Assembly (NCBI GenBank): GCA_964016885.1 | Contig: OZ024740.1 | Span: 135,656,001-135,720,000 of the forward strand | From: Eledone cirrhosa | Taxonomy: Eukaryota | Direction of reading: 5' to 3' | DNA length: 64,000 bases | Shown here: positions 62,745 to 64,000 of the stretch, piece by piece | Layout of the letters: every line of letters starts with the position of its first letter | Position numbering within the stretch: the stretch's first letter is position 1 | The notes under the pieces: model-generated | The model's database searches: none | Told to the model about the DNA's origin: nothing | Seen by the model: only the letters and a program-made list of their open reading frames with translations | Program-made: the position numbers and the translations under genes

Positions 62745-63272
62745 AAAAGAGATACAAATGATCTGGAAAAACAAGAGAAGCTTGTCATGGGGTCTGTAAA
62801 GTCTAACCACTGCTTTAATAAGGATGATACAAATGATCTGGGAAAACTAGAGAAGCTTGTCATAGGGTCCGTAAAGTCTAACCACTGCTTTAATAAGGAT
62901 GATACAAATGATCTGGGAAAACTAGAGAAGCTTGTCATGGGGTCCGTAAAGTTAACTGCTGCTTTAATAAGGATGATACAAATGATCTGGGAAAACTAGA
63001 GAAGCTTGTCATGGGTTCCATAAAGCTAACCATTACTTTAATAAGGATGATACAAATGATCTTGGAAAACTAGAGCAGCTTCTCATGGGGTCCGTAAAGC
63101 TAACCACTGCTTTAATAAGGACGATACAGATGATCTTGGAAAACTAGAGAAGCTTGTCATGGGGTTCGTAAAGCTAACCATTGCTTTAATAAGGATGATA
63201 CAGATGATCTTGGAAAACTAGAGAAGCTTGTCATGGGGTCAACAAAGCTAACCACTGCTTTAATAAGGACGA
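62745..63272. repeat. ~60-bp minisatellite, about 9 copies
   Basis: Unit gatacaaatgatctgggaaaactagagaagcttgtcatggggtccgtaaag(t)ctaaccactgctttaataaggat; unit length by eye is closer to 72-73 bp per the DDTNDLGKLEKLV 24-25 aa repeat, so period needs computing. Confidence 0.85.
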
Positions 63273-64000
63273 TGTGCATTGAACCAGTGGCCTCTGAGGG
63301 ACGAGCTGCGAGAAAAGGCAGCCCAAAACGACTCAGAGAAGTGTGCTCAACCAAACAGAGGGATAAGAAAGACTGCTATAAGGAGCGAAATATCACGATA
63401 AATTAACGGAGCCATAGACCCTCGCCATTCCCTGTAAATAATGTGCTCAAAGGAGAAGAAATCCTGAGCTCTTTAAAATACAATATGTTGAAAAGGTAAC
63501 ACACTAGAGAGAGATATACAGTGCGCTATCAATAAAACAGGGAAAAAACCACCAGTGTATGGAATCTTTAACCTATGAAAGGCAGACTATAGACACGATA
63601 ATTAAAAATATAAATTAAAGCGTAAATAAATACCTCTATAACTATATAACACACGTACAAATCCAAAGGGTTGTTTCGCCAGTAAGTTGTTGACAGAAAT
63701 GGAAAAATCTCGGTTCCTCAGCGTGTATAAGGCAATTTTGGCGCCAAACTTTTCCTTTTGAAAGAAAAATGGCACCAAACTTTTCCTTTTGAAAGAATAA
63801 TGTGATTTGTCACGTGATATTACCTCTAAATTTTTTGAATGTGTCTATACGTATATACGTATTTTTTCCTTGTAAATTCGGAAAAATGATAAACTGGAAT
63901 AATTCTAAAATCGGGAAAATCACAATATTCCCGTTCACAATATTCCCGTTCCATGATAGTAAGGCCCCTTCAACTGAGGGGCAAAGGTTGTTGTTTAGCC

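Noticed and set aside
62745-63272. CRISPR-like regular repeat
   Set aside because: Head-to-tail units with no unique spacers, eukaryotic context, no cas genes

Overview
Repeat-rich, AT-rich animal genomic DNA. The SINE, RTE and Penelope repertoire looks like a cephalopod (Octopus-like), which is an inference. One intact protein-coding gene is present: GRWD1/RRB1, on the minus strand, 6 exons, 11395-20018, predicted 429 aa, with all GT-AG junctions and phases consistent by hand. The rest is mostly mobile DNA: two related CR1/L2-type LINEs in opposite orientation at the window ends (one with a PHD/polyQ ORF1, one with a triplicated ORF1/ORF2 junction), another CR1-type LINE, RTE LINEs with partner tRNA-derived SINEs, Penelope-like (GIY-YIG) fragments, MITEs, a Helitron-like element and an ~8 kb tandem duplication (37.2-53.3 kb). 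The most interesting signals are: (1) a ~460 bp element whose inverted arms each carry an outward-facing minimal hammerhead ribozyme; (2) five copies of a minus-strand RNA hairpin with an invariant 3' arm, each just upstream of the splice acceptor of a small acidic exon of an unannotated, apparently non-coding or decayed spliced unit; (3) multi-kb TTAGGG-like hexamer arrays inside a foldback element family. All structures were read by eye. No database search was run, and repeat boundaries are approximate.
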